From Eledone cirrhosa (taxonomy: Eukaryota): a stretch of DNA of 64,000 bases. The position numbers and the translations under genes were made by a program. Of the stretch, positions 12,574-29,081 are shown piece after piece. The stretch covers positions 8,308,001-8,372,000 of the forward strand of contig OZ024759.1 of assembly GCA_964016885.1 (NCBI GenBank), written 5' to 3'. Within the stretch, counting starts at the first letter, position 1, and each line of letters starts with the position of its first letter. Below the pieces are notes generated by a model. The model saw nothing but the letters and a program-made list of their open reading frames with translations. It did no database searches and was not told the DNA's origin.

Positions 12574-12788
12574 TTGAATTAGTATGGTATAGACAAGTAC
12601 ATATGTTGTTTAGGTGTATAATATTGTCAATACTCTGATATGCCCAGTTCCTTGTTGGGTTGTTATTTCACTGAGGAACTGGAGTCATATGTGAATTAAT
12701 AACCCAACAAGGAACTGGGCATATCAGAGTATTGACAATATTATACACCTAAACAACATATGTACTTGTCTATACCATACTAATTCAA

Positions 12789-12843
12789 ACTGCCTGAAGA
12801 GGTCACAGCCAAAGATGGCTGTCACTGAAATATATATAGCAGT
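12789..12843 (+). ncRNA. Hammerhead ribozyme
   Basis: actgc-CUGAAGA-ggu c acagcc aaagau ggcugu c acu-GAAA-uauaua-UA-gcagt, then AATAAA. Confidence 0.9.
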
Positions 12844-13028
12844 AATAAACGAAGCTAAATTTTAATCATTTGACTTTTATTTAACTTTATTTTATATATA
12901 TATATATATATATATTTACAGGAATTTCAAACCACCAGCGTGAAGAGAATATAAGCTAAAAGAGGCATAGGAAAAACATTAAAATTAAAAGTATAAATTA
13001 AAATGAGAAACCAGCCTCACCTAGGTCA

Positions 13029-13106
13029 CACATGTACAAACTCTCCAGGAGAATGTTTCGCCATTTAAGTGGGTTCCAAATCGGCCCTGTGGGTCATCAG
13101 TATGTG
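13029..13106 (-). ncRNA. Hammerhead ribozyme with longer helix III
   Basis: cacata-CUGAUGA-ccca..uggc-GAAA-ca uucuc cug gagag uu ug-UA-catgtg; one mismatch at the base of helix I. Confidence 0.7.
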
Positions 13107-13202
13107 GAAGGCCGATATTGTCCGCAGTACTAGAGAGAACTAAATATATATATATGTATATACGAAATAAATATATATGTATATCTGAATGACCCAGCAT
13201 AA

Positions 13203-13530
13203 ATGTGTTGAGAGAGAAACTGTGTGAGAGGGATAGAATGTAGTGTACGGGAGAGGAGACTGCGGTGGTATGGACATGTGATGCGCATGGAGGATGACCG
13301 ATGGGTGAAGAAGTGCCAAGAAATGCCAGTTGAAGGAAGACGTGGTAGAGGTAGACCACGAAAAACATGGGCGGAGGTGGTGAGAACAGACCTCAGATCA
13401 TTGAAGCTCACGGTGGAGATGACGAGGGACCGTGACGAGTGGAGAGATGCTTTGCTGAATAGGACCCGTCCCACCCTTGCAAGCAGGGAAAAGCGGACGT
13501 AAAATGATGATGATGATAATGATGATGATG
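13203..13530 (+). mobile_element. RTE LINE 3' fragment (same family as 5025-5918)
   Basis: ERRLRWYGHVMRMEDDRWVKKC..; (TGA)n tail. Confidence 0.9.
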
Positions 13531-13543
13531 TATGTAATAGGAA

Positions 13544-13887
13544 CAAAGTGGAGGTGTTACATAAGAGATTTATAGCTCAATCCTGGTTAAATGTTTGACA
13601 AACAGCTGGCTCCTCATCCAGGTTTCAGACCAGACTCCCAAACTACCTGATCCTCAGACCAGTGTTACCAGAAAAAAAAAAAATTTAATGTGGTTTTTGT
13701 TGTGTTCTGAGGATCAGGTAGTTTTGGAGTCTGGTCTGAAACCTGGATGAGGAACCAGCTGTTTGTCAAACATTTAACCAGGATTGAGTTATAAATCTCT
13801 TATGTAACACCTCCACTTTGATTATATATACTTTGCTCTGCATTGAGTACTATCACCGGTTACTACCACTTACTGAACCCTCTGCCT
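13544..13887. mobile_element. Palindromic Penelope-like element with tail
   Basis: Arms 13544-13658 / ~13706-13820; CUGAGGA..GAAAC..GUC hammerhead-like motif with imperfect helix I. Confidence 0.7.
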
Positions 13888-13896
13888 ATATATAGG

Positions 13897-14500
13897 CATC
13901 ACCATTTTACGTTCGCTTTTCCCTGCTTGCAAGGGTTGGACAGGTCCTATTCAGCACAGCATCTCTCCACTTGTCACGGTCCTTCGTCATCTCCTCGGTG
14001 AGTTTCAGCGATCTGAGGTCTGCTCTCAGCACCTCCTCCCATGTTTTACATGGTCTACCTCTACTGCATCTTCCTTCTACTTGGATTTCTTGGCACTTCT
14101 TCACCCATCGGTCCTCCTCCATGTGCATCACATGTCCATACCATCTCAGCCTTCTCTCCTGCACACTACAACTTATCCCTCTTAAACACTGTTTCTCTCT
14201 CAACTCGTCTATGCTTGGTCGTTCACACACATTTACACTGCACATCCAACGGAGCATACTTGCTTCATTTCTCTCCAGCCCTCGCATATCCTCTGCAGTT
14301 GCTGCCCATGTCTCACTACCCTGCAGCATTGCGCATCCCACACAGTCATCATATAACCGATCTTTCGTTGGCAGGGAGAAACCCTTCTTTGTCAACAGAG
14401 GGAGCAGCTCCCTAAACCCCTTCCATCCTGTCCTTATTCTAGATACTATAACCTCAGAACCCCCCCTCCTGATCACCTAGGTACCGGAAGCTATCAACCA
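13897..14500 (-). mobile_element. RTE LINE 3' fragment (same family)
   Basis: 189-aa ORF nearly identical to the 5338-5904 translation. Confidence 0.9.
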
Positions 14501-15368
14501 CCACATCATCATCATCATCATCATAAAAATAGTAATAGAAGAAAGCTGAAAAACATTTTATCAAGATGTAAGAAATTTTATTATGCGTCCTGTTTTGTCA
14601 ATTTTTGGGGGTTCTTTTTTGTTTTTGTAATTTTTTCTTTCTTTTGCCTTGTTTTTGTAGTATTATTGAAGAAAGAACATAATGACAATAATAATAATAG
14701 TAATAATAGCTGTAGTAATGATAATTATAGTAGTATTAGTAGTAGTCATAATAATAGTAGTGATAATAATAATAATAACAACAGCAGGAAACAAAAACAT
14801 AAATGAAACAAGGTATTTTGGTACAAAAAAAAAAATGTTTGAAAAAATATGATTATCACGTTTTAGAATTATCTGTTTTTTACAATTGTATTTCAAGGAG
14901 ATGGAAAAAAAATGGAAATTATAATTTTTGTTTTAAATGGAATTTTTGAATAAAATTCCATTTTTTATTTTATTTTATTTTATTTTACAAACAAAACAAA
15001 CAAGAAAGAAAACAACAAAAAAATGTTAAAGATATGGAAAGCACGCTGATACAAATATGTGTGTGTTGTGTTGTGTTGTGTTGTGTTGTGTGTTGTGATG
15101 TGTGTGTTGTGTTGTGTGTTGTATGTGTGTGTGTCTATGTGAATGTTGTACACACATACTTATAGACATTTGAGTGTATAATAACTATGTGTGTATGTGT
15201 TATATATATATAAATATAAATTATATATATTTATATATATATATATATATTTAATATATATATATAGTTTTATATATATATATATTATATATATATATTT
15301 AATATATATATATATATTTGTATATATATACATATAATTTATATTTATATATATATATATATATTTAT

Positions 15369-15755
15369 ATAATTGAATATAAAAGAGATAAACACAGATA
15401 TGTACATATATATGTGTTCCAATCGTAAGGGACCAGTTTCACTGAAGAGCAATAGTAATTACCTTCACTAAAATTGTGAAACAGTACCAAAAGCTGTCTG
15501 GGTGTCTGACAGTTACCACAATTCCAGTTTGTATTTATTTTTCTTGATTTATTCTTAAATTGAGTCTGGCAAACCCTATTGTCTATAGTTAGTATTCTTT
15601 ACACCTTAGCGAATCTGGTCCCTTGCGATTTGAACACATATATCTATATATCTGTGTTCGTTTTTCTTTTATATTCTATTATAATATACGGCTCGGAAAG
15701 ATCTCTTTCTTAGAGCTATTTTATTGTAACAGACTATTTTGAGTTTCTAACTCAA
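15369..15755. mobile_element. Penelope-like element with short inverted arms
   Basis: ~15369-15436 inverted relative to ~15616-15683; a relative lies at 24785-25031 (-). Confidence 0.7.
15439..15503 (+). ncRNA. Hammerhead ribozyme
   Basis: uca-CUGAAGA-gcaau..auugu-GAAA-cag uaccaaaag cug-UC-ugg; canonical GUC triplet; helix I short because the inversion junction lies next to it. Confidence 0.75.
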
Positions 15756-15770
15756 TATATACCTTTGATA

Positions 15771-15825
<55 letters not shown>

Positions 15826-16008
15826 CGTTGACAAATGCCCAGACATGCAGATATATTGCCCTTGGTATGACTAAAAGTCCAGAAATAGCCGTCGAAACAG
15901 CTTGAGATCTGACGTCGGGGTCATAACCTTTTCCTATTACCCACTCTACTACCCAAAGTATTGAGTACTCTGGTGCGTTATGGTCCATCCTTACCACAAT
16001 TCCTTTGT

Positions 16009-16043
<35 letters not shown>

Positions 16044-16360
16044 AATATTTGCAAGTAGATTTATATACAAATTAATATCACAACCATTGTAAAGATTACT
16101 CAGTAGTTATCATAAAGTTAATAAATATGGTATATTATACTGTATCATAATACAATATGTTACAATATATTATAGTATATTATAATTTAGTACAATATAA
16201 CATATTATAATATAGTACAGGTTGGGCCAAAAGACATTTCCTATTAAAAAAAGTTCATTTTTTTTTTTTTCAGTTTAAAATTGAATAAAAACAAGTTGCA
16301 ATTATGAAATTTAAATTAAAGATAAAAAGAATTAACTTTGAGTTTGTAATGTTTTATTAA

Positions 16361-17155
16361 CCCTTTAGCATTCACATTACTCTATATATACTATTATATT
16401 TTCATGGTAAAGGCTTTACCTCACATAATATCTCACATAACATTTACATTACTCTATATATACTATTGTATTGTCACAGTAAAGGTTTTACCTCACATAA
16501 TATCTCACATAACATTTACATTACTCTATATATACTATTGTATTTTCACAGTAAAGGCTTTACCTCACATAATATCTCACATAACATTTACATTACTCTA
16601 TATATACTATTGTATTGTCACAGTAAAGGCTTTACCTCACATAATATCTCACATAACATTTACATTACTCTATATATACTATTGTATTTTCACAGTAAAG
16701 GCTTTACCTCACATAATATCTCACATAACATTTACATTACTCTATATATACTATTATATTTTCATGGTAAAGGCTTTACCTCACATAATATCTCACATAA
16801 CATTTACATTACTCTATATATACTATTGTATTTTCATGGTAAAGGCTTTACCTCACATAATATCTCACATAACATTTACATTACTCTATATATACTATTG
16901 TATTTTCATGGTAAAGGCTTTACCTCACATAATATCTCACATAACATTTACATTACTCTATATATACTATTGTATTTTCATGGTAAAGGCTTTACCTCAC
17001 ATAATATCTTACATAATATCGAATCTATGAGATTTTGAAAGTATTTATTTTGAGAACAATACCTTAACATTAGTATGAGTGGCCAGTTACAGCCAGTTTC
17101 AACAGAAAGAGGTAGAGAATTCTGGCCGGTTTTGGCTGGTTTGAACATTAACGGG
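16361..17155. mobile_element. piggyBac-type MITE with internal 72-bp tandem array (~9 copies, 16369-17018)
   Basis: TTAA|CCCTTTAGCATTCA ... TGAACATTAACGGG|TTAA: TTAA on both sides, CCC/GGG ends, imperfect TIR (10/14). Confidence 0.7.
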
Positions 17156-17229
17156 TTAATAGAAACAGGTAACCCATGCTAGCATGGAAGAACGTACGTA
17201 AAACGGTGATGATGATGATGATATAAACA

Positions 17230-17260
<31 letters not shown>

Positions 17261-17273
17261 ACATACATATATA

Positions 17274-17314
<41 letters not shown>

Positions 17315-17391
17315 ACATACATATATATATATATATATACATACATATATATATACATACATATATATATATACATATCTACATATATATT

Positions 17392-17812
17392 ATCTGCATG
17401 ATGTGGAAAATGTTCCATCATCACTGCCCAAATGATGTTGGCATTGCCTTCAAGATACACCCAAGGCTTGGGCCCCGTGCTATCCGTCCCATTCAAAAAT
17501 CTAAATCGCAACTCATAACAACAATACGGCACAATTATTTCACCTCAATAGGCCCTGCTCTCTTCAACATCACACCAGGACACGTCAAAACAGAAACTGA
17601 CCACACAAAATTCAAGAAGTCTTTGGACAAATTCCTCCAAGTAATCCCGGACAAACCACCCACACCCGGATATGTCTCCGCAAACAGTAATTCTCTTCTC
17701 GAATGGGCCATGGTGCCCAAATCCTGAATTGAAAGACTTCGCCAGGTGGTGCTATTAAGTTAGACATGGCCTGGGCCAATACTGGCCAAAACATTTCAAA
17801 GTTATTCAAAGT
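17392..17812 (+). mobile_element. CR1/L2-group LINE 3' fragment
   Basis: [35 protein letters not shown]-terminal pattern. Confidence 0.65.
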
Positions 17813-17916
17813 TATATATATAAATACATATCTACATATATATATAAATACATATATATATATAAATACATATATATATATAAATACATATATATATATA
17901 TATACATACATACATT

Positions 17917-17970
<54 letters not shown>

Positions 17971-17980
17971 ATACATACAT

Positions 17981-18280
17981 GGTGGCTGCCAACTCGTTTT
18001 CGAGTACGGCCACTACTTTATATCTATGTAGGAGAACTCCTACCGATGCGCTAAACGAGTGTGACTTTTTAGTCCAGCCAGCGACTTGAAAACTCTGGTA
18101 CAAACACTACACTTGTGACAATTATTGACACATAGTGCTGGGCCCATGGTACCATGTGACGACAAGTGCAGAGAGATCTCCAGATATAAAGCAATGCCTG
18201 TGCCGTGAAGCTTTTATAGTGAGCAAAGGCACTGCACAAAGCCAGTCCCACTCTCTTAACCAAGATGATATTTACCAAAC
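17981..18280 (+). mobile_element. Non-coding (ATAC)n-associated element family C, 5' part
   Basis: Near-identical to 47972-48280 (+) and 49838-50005 (-); starts GGTGGCT immediately after ATACATACAT. Confidence 0.75.
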
Positions 18281-21038
<2,758 letters not shown>

Positions 21039-21420
21039 CATAATTATGCCCGTTTTCCCATGCTAGCATGAACATCTTCTCCTGAGTCCTGTACTTTCGT
21101 TGCTATGGCAATGCGGCAGGACTGCCGATCGCTATATTTGATTTGCAAAGCTGTCTAAACGTATTGTTATTACTCTGGGGTATTATTCTCTATTGAGTGC
21201 TAAATCTACATTCTGAATTACATTCGTTAGCTTAGCCGCAGCCTAAAGCTTCATTAATGCTGTACTAAAATTTATATATATATAAATGTAGAAGTTCTAT
21301 TTAAACTGTTGGGATACAACAAGCAAATATTTTTAGAACTGATATAAAGCACTCAACAAATTATTGGAGTAAAAATACAATATATTAATAAATGGAAACT
21401 ATATTTATAAAACCATATTT

Positions 21421-21483
21421 ATTTCATTATACATATTTCAAGGACACCAAGTTAAATTATGGTGTGCTTTCATCAGATAAAAT
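21421..21483 (-). ncRNA. Hammerhead ribozyme (left arm copy)
   Basis: Reverse complement of 21601-21663. Confidence 0.85.
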
Positions 21484-21600
21484 ATAATATAGAGCAGTTT
21501 TATAAATAAATATTGACTATCCAGGAGCTTCCAACAGTAATGGTTGCATTAATTAAGGGTATGTTAATATTTATTTATTTATAAAACTGCTCTATATTAT

Positions 21601-21663
21601 ATTTTATCTGATGAAAGCACACCATAATTTAACTTGGTGTCCTTGAAATATGTATAATGAAAT
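21601..21663 (+). ncRNA. Hammerhead ribozyme
   Basis: attttat-CUGAUGA-aag c acacca..uggugu c cuu-GAAA-uaugua-UA-atgaaat. Confidence 0.88.
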
Positions 21664-21708
21664 AAATATGGTTTTATAAATATAGTTTCCATTTGTTAAT
21701 ATATCGTA

Positions 21709-21750
<42 letters not shown>

Positions 21751-21795
21751 TATATATCGTATATATATATATATATATATATAAATATATATATC

Positions 21796-21852
<57 letters not shown>

Positions 21853-21860
21853 TATATATC

Positions 21861-21918
<58 letters not shown>

Positions 21919-21920
21919 CG

Positions 21921-21961
<41 letters not shown>

Positions 21962-22229
21962 ATATGAGTGAATTATATGAGAGGGATGTAGAAAGTATTG
22001 ATGAAGTGTTCAGTGTCCTATGAAGGAAGTTCCCTAATTTAGTGAGACTGACACACATTTTGGAGGTGATCCAATGACAAAGGTCATAGGTCAACTGCCT
22101 GCTGACTCCATGGTCACTAAGACCCCCCCCCCCCCACTCCTCCATGTTATTTCTGCCAGGTGACAGACAGCAGTAGGTGGTCACCTGATGATATATATAT
22201 ATTAATAGGTGATCAGGTGACAAGTAAAA

Positions 22230-22790
22230 GGTCACATGGGCTGCAGTGGGGGGGATATTTGGGAGTAGGTGGCACATGGTCAGCCAGGTTAGGTCACATG
22301 ATGACATGGTAGGTCATTAACTGACAGAAGAGGTCAGCTGTTTCAATATTAGATCAGCAGTCAAATGATAGGTCATTATGTGACGTAGCAGGTCATCAAA
22401 TGACATAGTAAAGTCATGTAGTGACATGGCAGGTCATCTGGTGATGTATCGCAGTAGGTCACCAGATGACATGGCAGGTCGTTGTGACATGTCAGGTCAT
22501 CAAACAGGTCAGCTGGTGATGTATCATGGTAGGTCACCAGATGACATGGTATGTGACATAGTAGGTCATGAAGTGACATGGCAGGTCACCTGATGTATCG
22601 TGGGAGGTCACCAGATGACATGGCAAGTCAACTGTATCACAGTAGGTCACCAAGTGACCTAGTAGGTCATGACAATATATATACTATAGCAGGTCATCAG
22701 GTGACATTTGACAGTGAGGTCACATGACAAGACACTATAATAGGTGATCATGTGATATAATAACGGTCAGGTCAACAGTTGACGGTATGA
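22230..22790. repeat. Degenerate GGTCA/GACATGG-rich short-period repeat
   Basis: Recurrent AGGTCA and TGACATGG motifs. Confidence 0.6.
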
Positions 22791-22815
22791 CTGTGTCACA
22801 GGGGAAGAAAGGCAT

Positions 22816-22849
<34 letters not shown>

Positions 22850-22944
22850 TAGTGATAGCAGTAGTAGTAGTCGTGGTAGCAGTAGTAGCAGTAGTAGCAT
22901 CCATTGACGTAATGTTAAAATGATAAAATCCCCTCAGCATATGT

Positions 22945-23183
22945 CCAGATCAGACCGGGTCAGACCGGACCGGACCAGACCAGACTGGATCAGACCAAAC
23001 CAGACCGGACCAGACCAGACCAGACCAGACTGGATCAGACCAGACCAGACCAGACCGGACCAGACTGGACCAGACCAGACTGGACCAGACCAGACCGGAC
23101 CAGACCAGACCAGACTGGATCAGACCAGACCAGACCAGACCAGACCAGACCGGACCAGACCAGACCAGACCAGACCAGACTGG
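22945..23183. repeat. (CCAGA)n pentanucleotide microsatellite
   Basis: Direct inspection. Confidence 0.95.
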
Positions 23184-23478
23184 TCAAGTGGATCAGAGAT
23201 GGCTGGAGGGCTACTTGCCTTAACTATTAATTATTCCATTGCTCTGGGTTAAGTATTAATATATATCATCATCATCATCACCATTTAACGTCAAATGGTG
23301 ATGATGATGATATATAAGATATATATGCTGAAATATATTATAGGATAATTTTGGAATTACCTGCCCTTAGAACTCTCCTATACTTTCTAAAATCTCCACG
23401 GAAGAAGCCACTTTTCCTTTTATGACAGGCTGAATAAACAACCCAACAAAACTTAAGTACCTGTACATGTCACTATAT

Positions 23479-23522
<44 letters not shown>

Positions 23523-23533
23523 CATTTATAAAA

Positions 23534-23568
<35 letters not shown>

Positions 23569-23872
23569 GTCACTATATACATATATATATATATTATTTA
23601 TTTCCTCCTATCTATTTATATCTTTCTTTTCCACATACATTTCTCTCTCTCTCCGATATTTCTCCAGGTTTTCTTTTTCTCTCTCTCCTTCTTTTTCTCT
23701 CTCCTTCTCTCTCTCCATTTTTTTTTCTTTCTCTCCGTCTTTTTCTAACTGTGCTTAACACTATAACTAATAAAATAATTATAAACATCTCACTATCCAG
23801 ACAGCTTCCAAAAATAATGGTTGCATTTAGTAGGGTACGTCAAAATTATTTATAAAACTGTTTATATATTGT

Positions 23873-23935
23873 ATTTTGTCTGATGAAGGCATACCATATT
23901 TTAATTTGGTATCCCTGAAATATGTATAATGAAAT
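23873..23935 (+). ncRNA. Hammerhead ribozyme (paralog of 21601 with compensatory changes)
   Basis: attttgt-CUGAUGA-agg c auacca..ugguau c ccu-GAAA-uaugua-UA-atgaaat. Confidence 0.88.
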
Positions 23936-24351
23936 AAATATGCTTTTATAAATATAGTTTCCATTTATTTAATATCGTATATATATATATATATAGCACT
24001 TATAAAAACCATATATATATATATACATGTACACTATATATTTATCAGTAATTAGTAAACACCTTAATGAGGTCCCAACATCTAGTTTGAATCTATTATT
24101 ACCTTTCATCCAACACTATATAGCCTGGGCCAGTCACCAGTTTAGGGAGCCTACATTTCATATCTAGCCTCCCCCTATATGACATCTGCCTTACACACGC
24201 AGTATATATATATATATAATTGGATATATATATATATATAATAGGATATATATATATATAATAGGATATATATATATATATAATAGGATATATATATAAT
24301 TGGATATATATATATATAATAGGATAGGATATATATATATATAATAGGATA

Positions 24352-24401
<50 letters not shown>

Positions 24402-24639
24402 GGATATTTGGATATATATATATATATATAATAGGATATATATATATATATAATTGGATATATATATATATAATAGGATAGGATATATATATATATATCC
24501 TATCCTATATATATATAATAGGATATTTGGATATATATATATATATATATATATAATAGGATATATATATATATATAATAGGATATATATATAGAATAGG
24601 ATATATATATATATATAATAGGATATATATATATATATG

Positions 24640-24760
24640 TTGATGCCCTAAGGACAGACACTGGTCTGTTGGAGATGCAGGACATGGCAGCGATAATGAG
24701 GGACAGAGACCGCTGGAGAGAACTCGTCCATGGATCTCGGGAATTTTACCCGCCTTAGAT
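24640..24760 (+). mobile_element. Extreme 3' end of an RTE-like LINE
   Basis: Translates ..LRTDTGLLEMQDMAAIMRDRDRWRELVH.., similar to RTE C-termini. Confidence 0.55.
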
Positions 24761-25039
24761 AGATATATATATATATATATATATATACAATTGAATATAT
24801 GAGAAGGATGAACACCGATACAAGTATACATGTGTTCCAATTGTAAATGACCAAGTTAGCTAGGTTGAAAAGTACTAATTTAAAACAATATGGTTTGCCT
24901 GACTCAATTTAAAGTAATAAATCAATAAGAATAAGAAACCTATATCGGGCAAACAGCCTTTGATACCCAGACAGACTTAAATCTGTTTCGCAAGAATTAT
25001 TAAGTGAAAGCCACCATTCCTGTGCTCTTCATATATATA

Positions 25040-25087
<48 letters not shown>

Positions 25088-25188
25088 ATATATATATATA
25101 TATTATATATATTATATATATATTATATATATATAATATATATATATAATATATATATATATTATATATATTATATATATATAATATA

Positions 25189-25274
<86 letters not shown>

Positions 25275-25573
25275 TATATATATTATATATATATATATAT
25301 TATATATATATATATATTATATATATTATATATATATATATTATATATATTATATATATATAATATATATATATTATATATATATATATTATATATATTA
25401 TATATATATAATATATATATATTATATATATTATATATATATATAATATATATATATATTATATATATTATATATATATTATATATATATTATATATATA
25501 TATATAATATATATATATATATATTATATATATTATATATATATATATATTATATATATATATATATTATATA

Positions 25574-25773
25574 NNNNNNNNNNNNNNNNNNNNNNNNNNN
25601 NNNNNNNNNNNNNNNNNNNNNNNNNNNNNNNNNNNNNNNNNNNNNNNNNNNNNNNNNNNNNNNNNNNNNNNNNNNNNNNNNNNNNNNNNNNNNNNNNNNN
25701 NNNNNNNNNNNNNNNNNNNNNNNNNNNNNNNNNNNNNNNNNNNNNNNNNNNNNNNNNNNNNNNNNNNNNNNNN
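25574..25773. other. Assembly gap (200 N)
   Basis: Run of N. Confidence 1.
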
Positions 25774-25962
25774 AGCCTGATAGTGGGGTTTAGAACCCTC
25801 AGGTAAATGGAAAAAGGTGAGTTTTGGCGTACACATCTTTTTCTATTTACCTGAAGGTTCTAAACCCCACTATCAGGCTAAAATTTCTTTAGTCAAAAAT
25901 ACGGTGAAAGCTTCTATTTCTAATTTCAAACTTGCTCACTGTTTCAAAACAAACATACTGAC

Positions 25963-26047
<85 letters not shown>

Positions 26048-26069
26048 TGAATCGGGACTCAATTTATTG

Positions 26070-26159
26070 TGTGTTACAATTGTTTCCCCGGCGAACAGCT
26101 CCAGGTGCGATCCGTGTGTGGATCGACCTGACTCTAAACTCGCAGGTTCCTCAGACACA
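26070..26159 (-). ncRNA. Hammerhead ribozyme with long, bulged helix II
   Basis: tgtgt-CUGAGGA-accugcga..caggu cgaucc acacac ggaucg c accug..ucgccggg-GAAA-caauug-UA-acaca, then AATAAA. Confidence 0.82.
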
Positions 26160-26625
26160 TCTATTGATTTCGGATCATATCCTCTTTCTATAATTCTCTG
26201 CTCCGTAGGAGCATAGAGTTCTCAACTAGCATACCGCCTATGGAAGAATCTTAGCTACCATTAGACATTTATATATATATATACATATATATATATAGTG
26301 AAATAAGATAACAAGGACGATTGGTTACTCCTTCATTACGTTTATTGGTTGGTGACACGCGTTTCGCCACTGATCAGCTCAAGGTTAGATATGTATCGTT
26401 CTTACCTGACTCTGTAATCCGCGGCTCCTCGGATCCCTTGAATAATGTTAATGTGAACCCACAGTTTCAAAAACATACTTACAAGTTTACGTTTATAATT
26501 TGCTTGTATATATATATAGGAAAAAGTATGACCCCGACGACAGAGCTCAAGCCGTTTCGACGGCTATTACTGGACTCAGAAATAGCCGTCGAAACGGCTT
26601 GAGCTCTGCCGTCGGGGTCATACTT

Positions 26626-26736
<111 letters not shown>

Positions 26737-26812
26737 TGTGTGTTTAATAGGAAACAAATTTTAATTTAAAATTTTGAAAACCATACTCATTGTGTTTGTC
26801 TTCAAAATTTAA

Positions 26813-26864
<52 letters not shown>

Positions 26865-26990
26865 TCATAGAGATATATATGTATATATTTAGACATAGTC
26901 ACAGATACATATATGAGTGTGGCTACCTTTCACGGTGTGGCTCAATGAAAAAATTAATTAAGCAAATAATTATTAATCAGAGCTATATAT

Positions 26991-27821
26991 AAAATTATAA
27001 GTTTGAAGAACAGTCAGATAAAATATACTCAATTTTTTTTTTCTCCCTAGTCCGTAGAAACTAACTAGAACTAGATATATAATCATTTAAACGGAGCTAA
27101 GTTTAAAAATATAACTTCGAAGAAATAACAGATAAATGACACAGACTATCCCTCACGAGGAACAGTCAAATAAAATTTACCTAGTCTTTCCCCCTAGCTC
27201 GTAGAAATTAACTAGACAAATAATCAATTAAACGGAGCTAAGTCTAAAATGTAAGTTTGAAGAAAAAATGTATATAAACTTTACCAAAATTCTTCTAGTC
27301 CCGACTATCGATAACTTCTCTCGTACTTTGTGTTTATGTCCAATCCTGGTATTATCCATGAGGTTTCGAGCTTCTCAAAAGACCCCTCAAGTTAGGACTA
27401 AAATTTCCACAGTGATCGCCGCCAGAAATGAATTCAAAATGGGTAAGAATGATCACGTGGCCAGCGGTCGTAGAAGGTTGTGAATGGCAGGTAGGTTGGC
27501 TGCTAGAAAGAACAGTTAGATACCGCCTAAGGTTTACTCGACCGAACGTAAGTATAGAATAAATTCATAGGGATAAATATGTATATATTTTAATTGATTA
27601 TTTGTCTGGTTAATTTCTACGAGCTAGGGGGAAAGGCTACGTAAATTTTATCTGACTGTTCGTCGTGGGGGGAGAGTCTGTGTCATTTATCTGTTATTTC
27701 TTCGAAGTTACATTTTAAACTTAGCTCCGTTTAAATGATTATATATCTAGTTAATTTCTACGGACTAGGGAGAAGAAAAATTGGGTATATTTTATCTGAC
27801 TGTTCTTCAAACTTACAATTT

Positions 27822-27822
<1 letters not shown>
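26991..27822. mobile_element. Foldback/MITE-like element with ~250-bp imperfect terminal inverted repeats, TA-flanked
   Basis: AAAATTATAAGTTTGAAGAACAGTCAGATAAAATATAC.. versus ..GTATATTTTATCTGACTGTTCTTCAAACTTACAATTTT; internal sub-duplications. Confidence 0.75.
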
Positions 27823-27858
<36 letters not shown>

Positions 27859-27859
27859 A

Positions 27860-28270
27860 TAATGTAATCTGAGTTTTTCGAATTTTAATAATAACATTCG
27901 ATTCGTTTGTAATTATGCAAACAAGCCTCAATTTTATAGCCATGTCAGTAGAATGAACCCTTCATTCCTACTCTTGTGTTGGCATGCTAACAGAACAGCA
28001 GACATTAATGTTTCTGGGTATCACCCTTCATCAGTACAGCTCACTGTTCACCTGCCAAACTGTCAGAGCTAGTGAAAATATATGCTATTTTCAAAAGTAC
28101 ACAGTTCAGTTAGCATGCCAACACAAGAGCAAGAATGAAGAGTTCATTCTACTGACATGGCTATAAAATTGAGGCTTGTTTGCATAATTGCAAACGAATC
28201 GAATGTTATTATTAGTATTCGAATAACTCAGATTACATTTATTGTATTCAGCCATGTAGAACGAAATTTT

Positions 28271-28273
<3 letters not shown>
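27860..28273. mobile_element. Palindromic Penelope-like element
   Basis: Arms ~27861-27996 / ~28104-28239 plus a short tail. Confidence 0.78.
27993..28042 (-). ncRNA. Hammerhead ribozyme
   Basis: gagctgta-CUGAUGA-a gggu gau accc a-GAAA-cauuaaug-UC-tgctgttc; palindromic helix III, GUC triplet. Confidence 0.82.
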
Positions 28274-28341
<68 letters not shown>

Positions 28342-28385
28342 CATATATATACATATATATATACACATATATATATATATATATA

Positions 28386-28419
<34 letters not shown>

Positions 28420-28434
28420 CACATATATATATAT

Positions 28435-28527
<93 letters not shown>

Positions 28528-28644
28528 CATATATACACATATATATACATATATATATATACACACATATATATATACATATATATATATACACTTATCT
28601 ATATATACATTTATCTATATATACACTTATCTATATATATACAC

Positions 28645-28677
<33 letters not shown>

Positions 28678-28782
28678 TATATATATACACATATATATAC
28701 ACACATATATATATATACACACATATATATATATATATACACACACACACATATATATATACACACACACGTGTATATATAT

Positions 28783-28817
<35 letters not shown>

Positions 28818-28856
28818 ATAAGTATTATATGTATATATATATATATATATAATAAG

Positions 28857-28947
<91 letters not shown>

Positions 28948-29081
28948 ATGCGCAGTTGTAATATATATATATACCACAAGACGTTTGGTCCGACTCTCTA
29001 AAGACTCCTATTTTGCTGCCACTAGAAAAAATACAGGAAGAAGGAGAGAAGATTATTTGAGCGGCGAAAAGTAATCAATCT

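Larger units (their letters stand above)
12375..12894. mobile_element. Young palindromic Penelope-like element: ~194-bp apparently perfect arms, 39-bp spacer, ~93-bp tail, in (TA)n
   Basis: 12468-12661 is the reverse complement of 12701-12894. Confidence 0.88.
21283..21700. mobile_element. Palindromic Penelope-like element with tail
   Basis: Arms ~21388-21518 / ~21563-21695; tail to the left ends in (TA)n; a single-arm relative lies at ~23790-23975. Confidence 0.82.

Noticed and set aside
25774-25879. Short palindrome with CTGAAGG next to the gap
   Set aside because: Core is not CUGANGA, and adjacency to the assembly gap makes the structure unreliable
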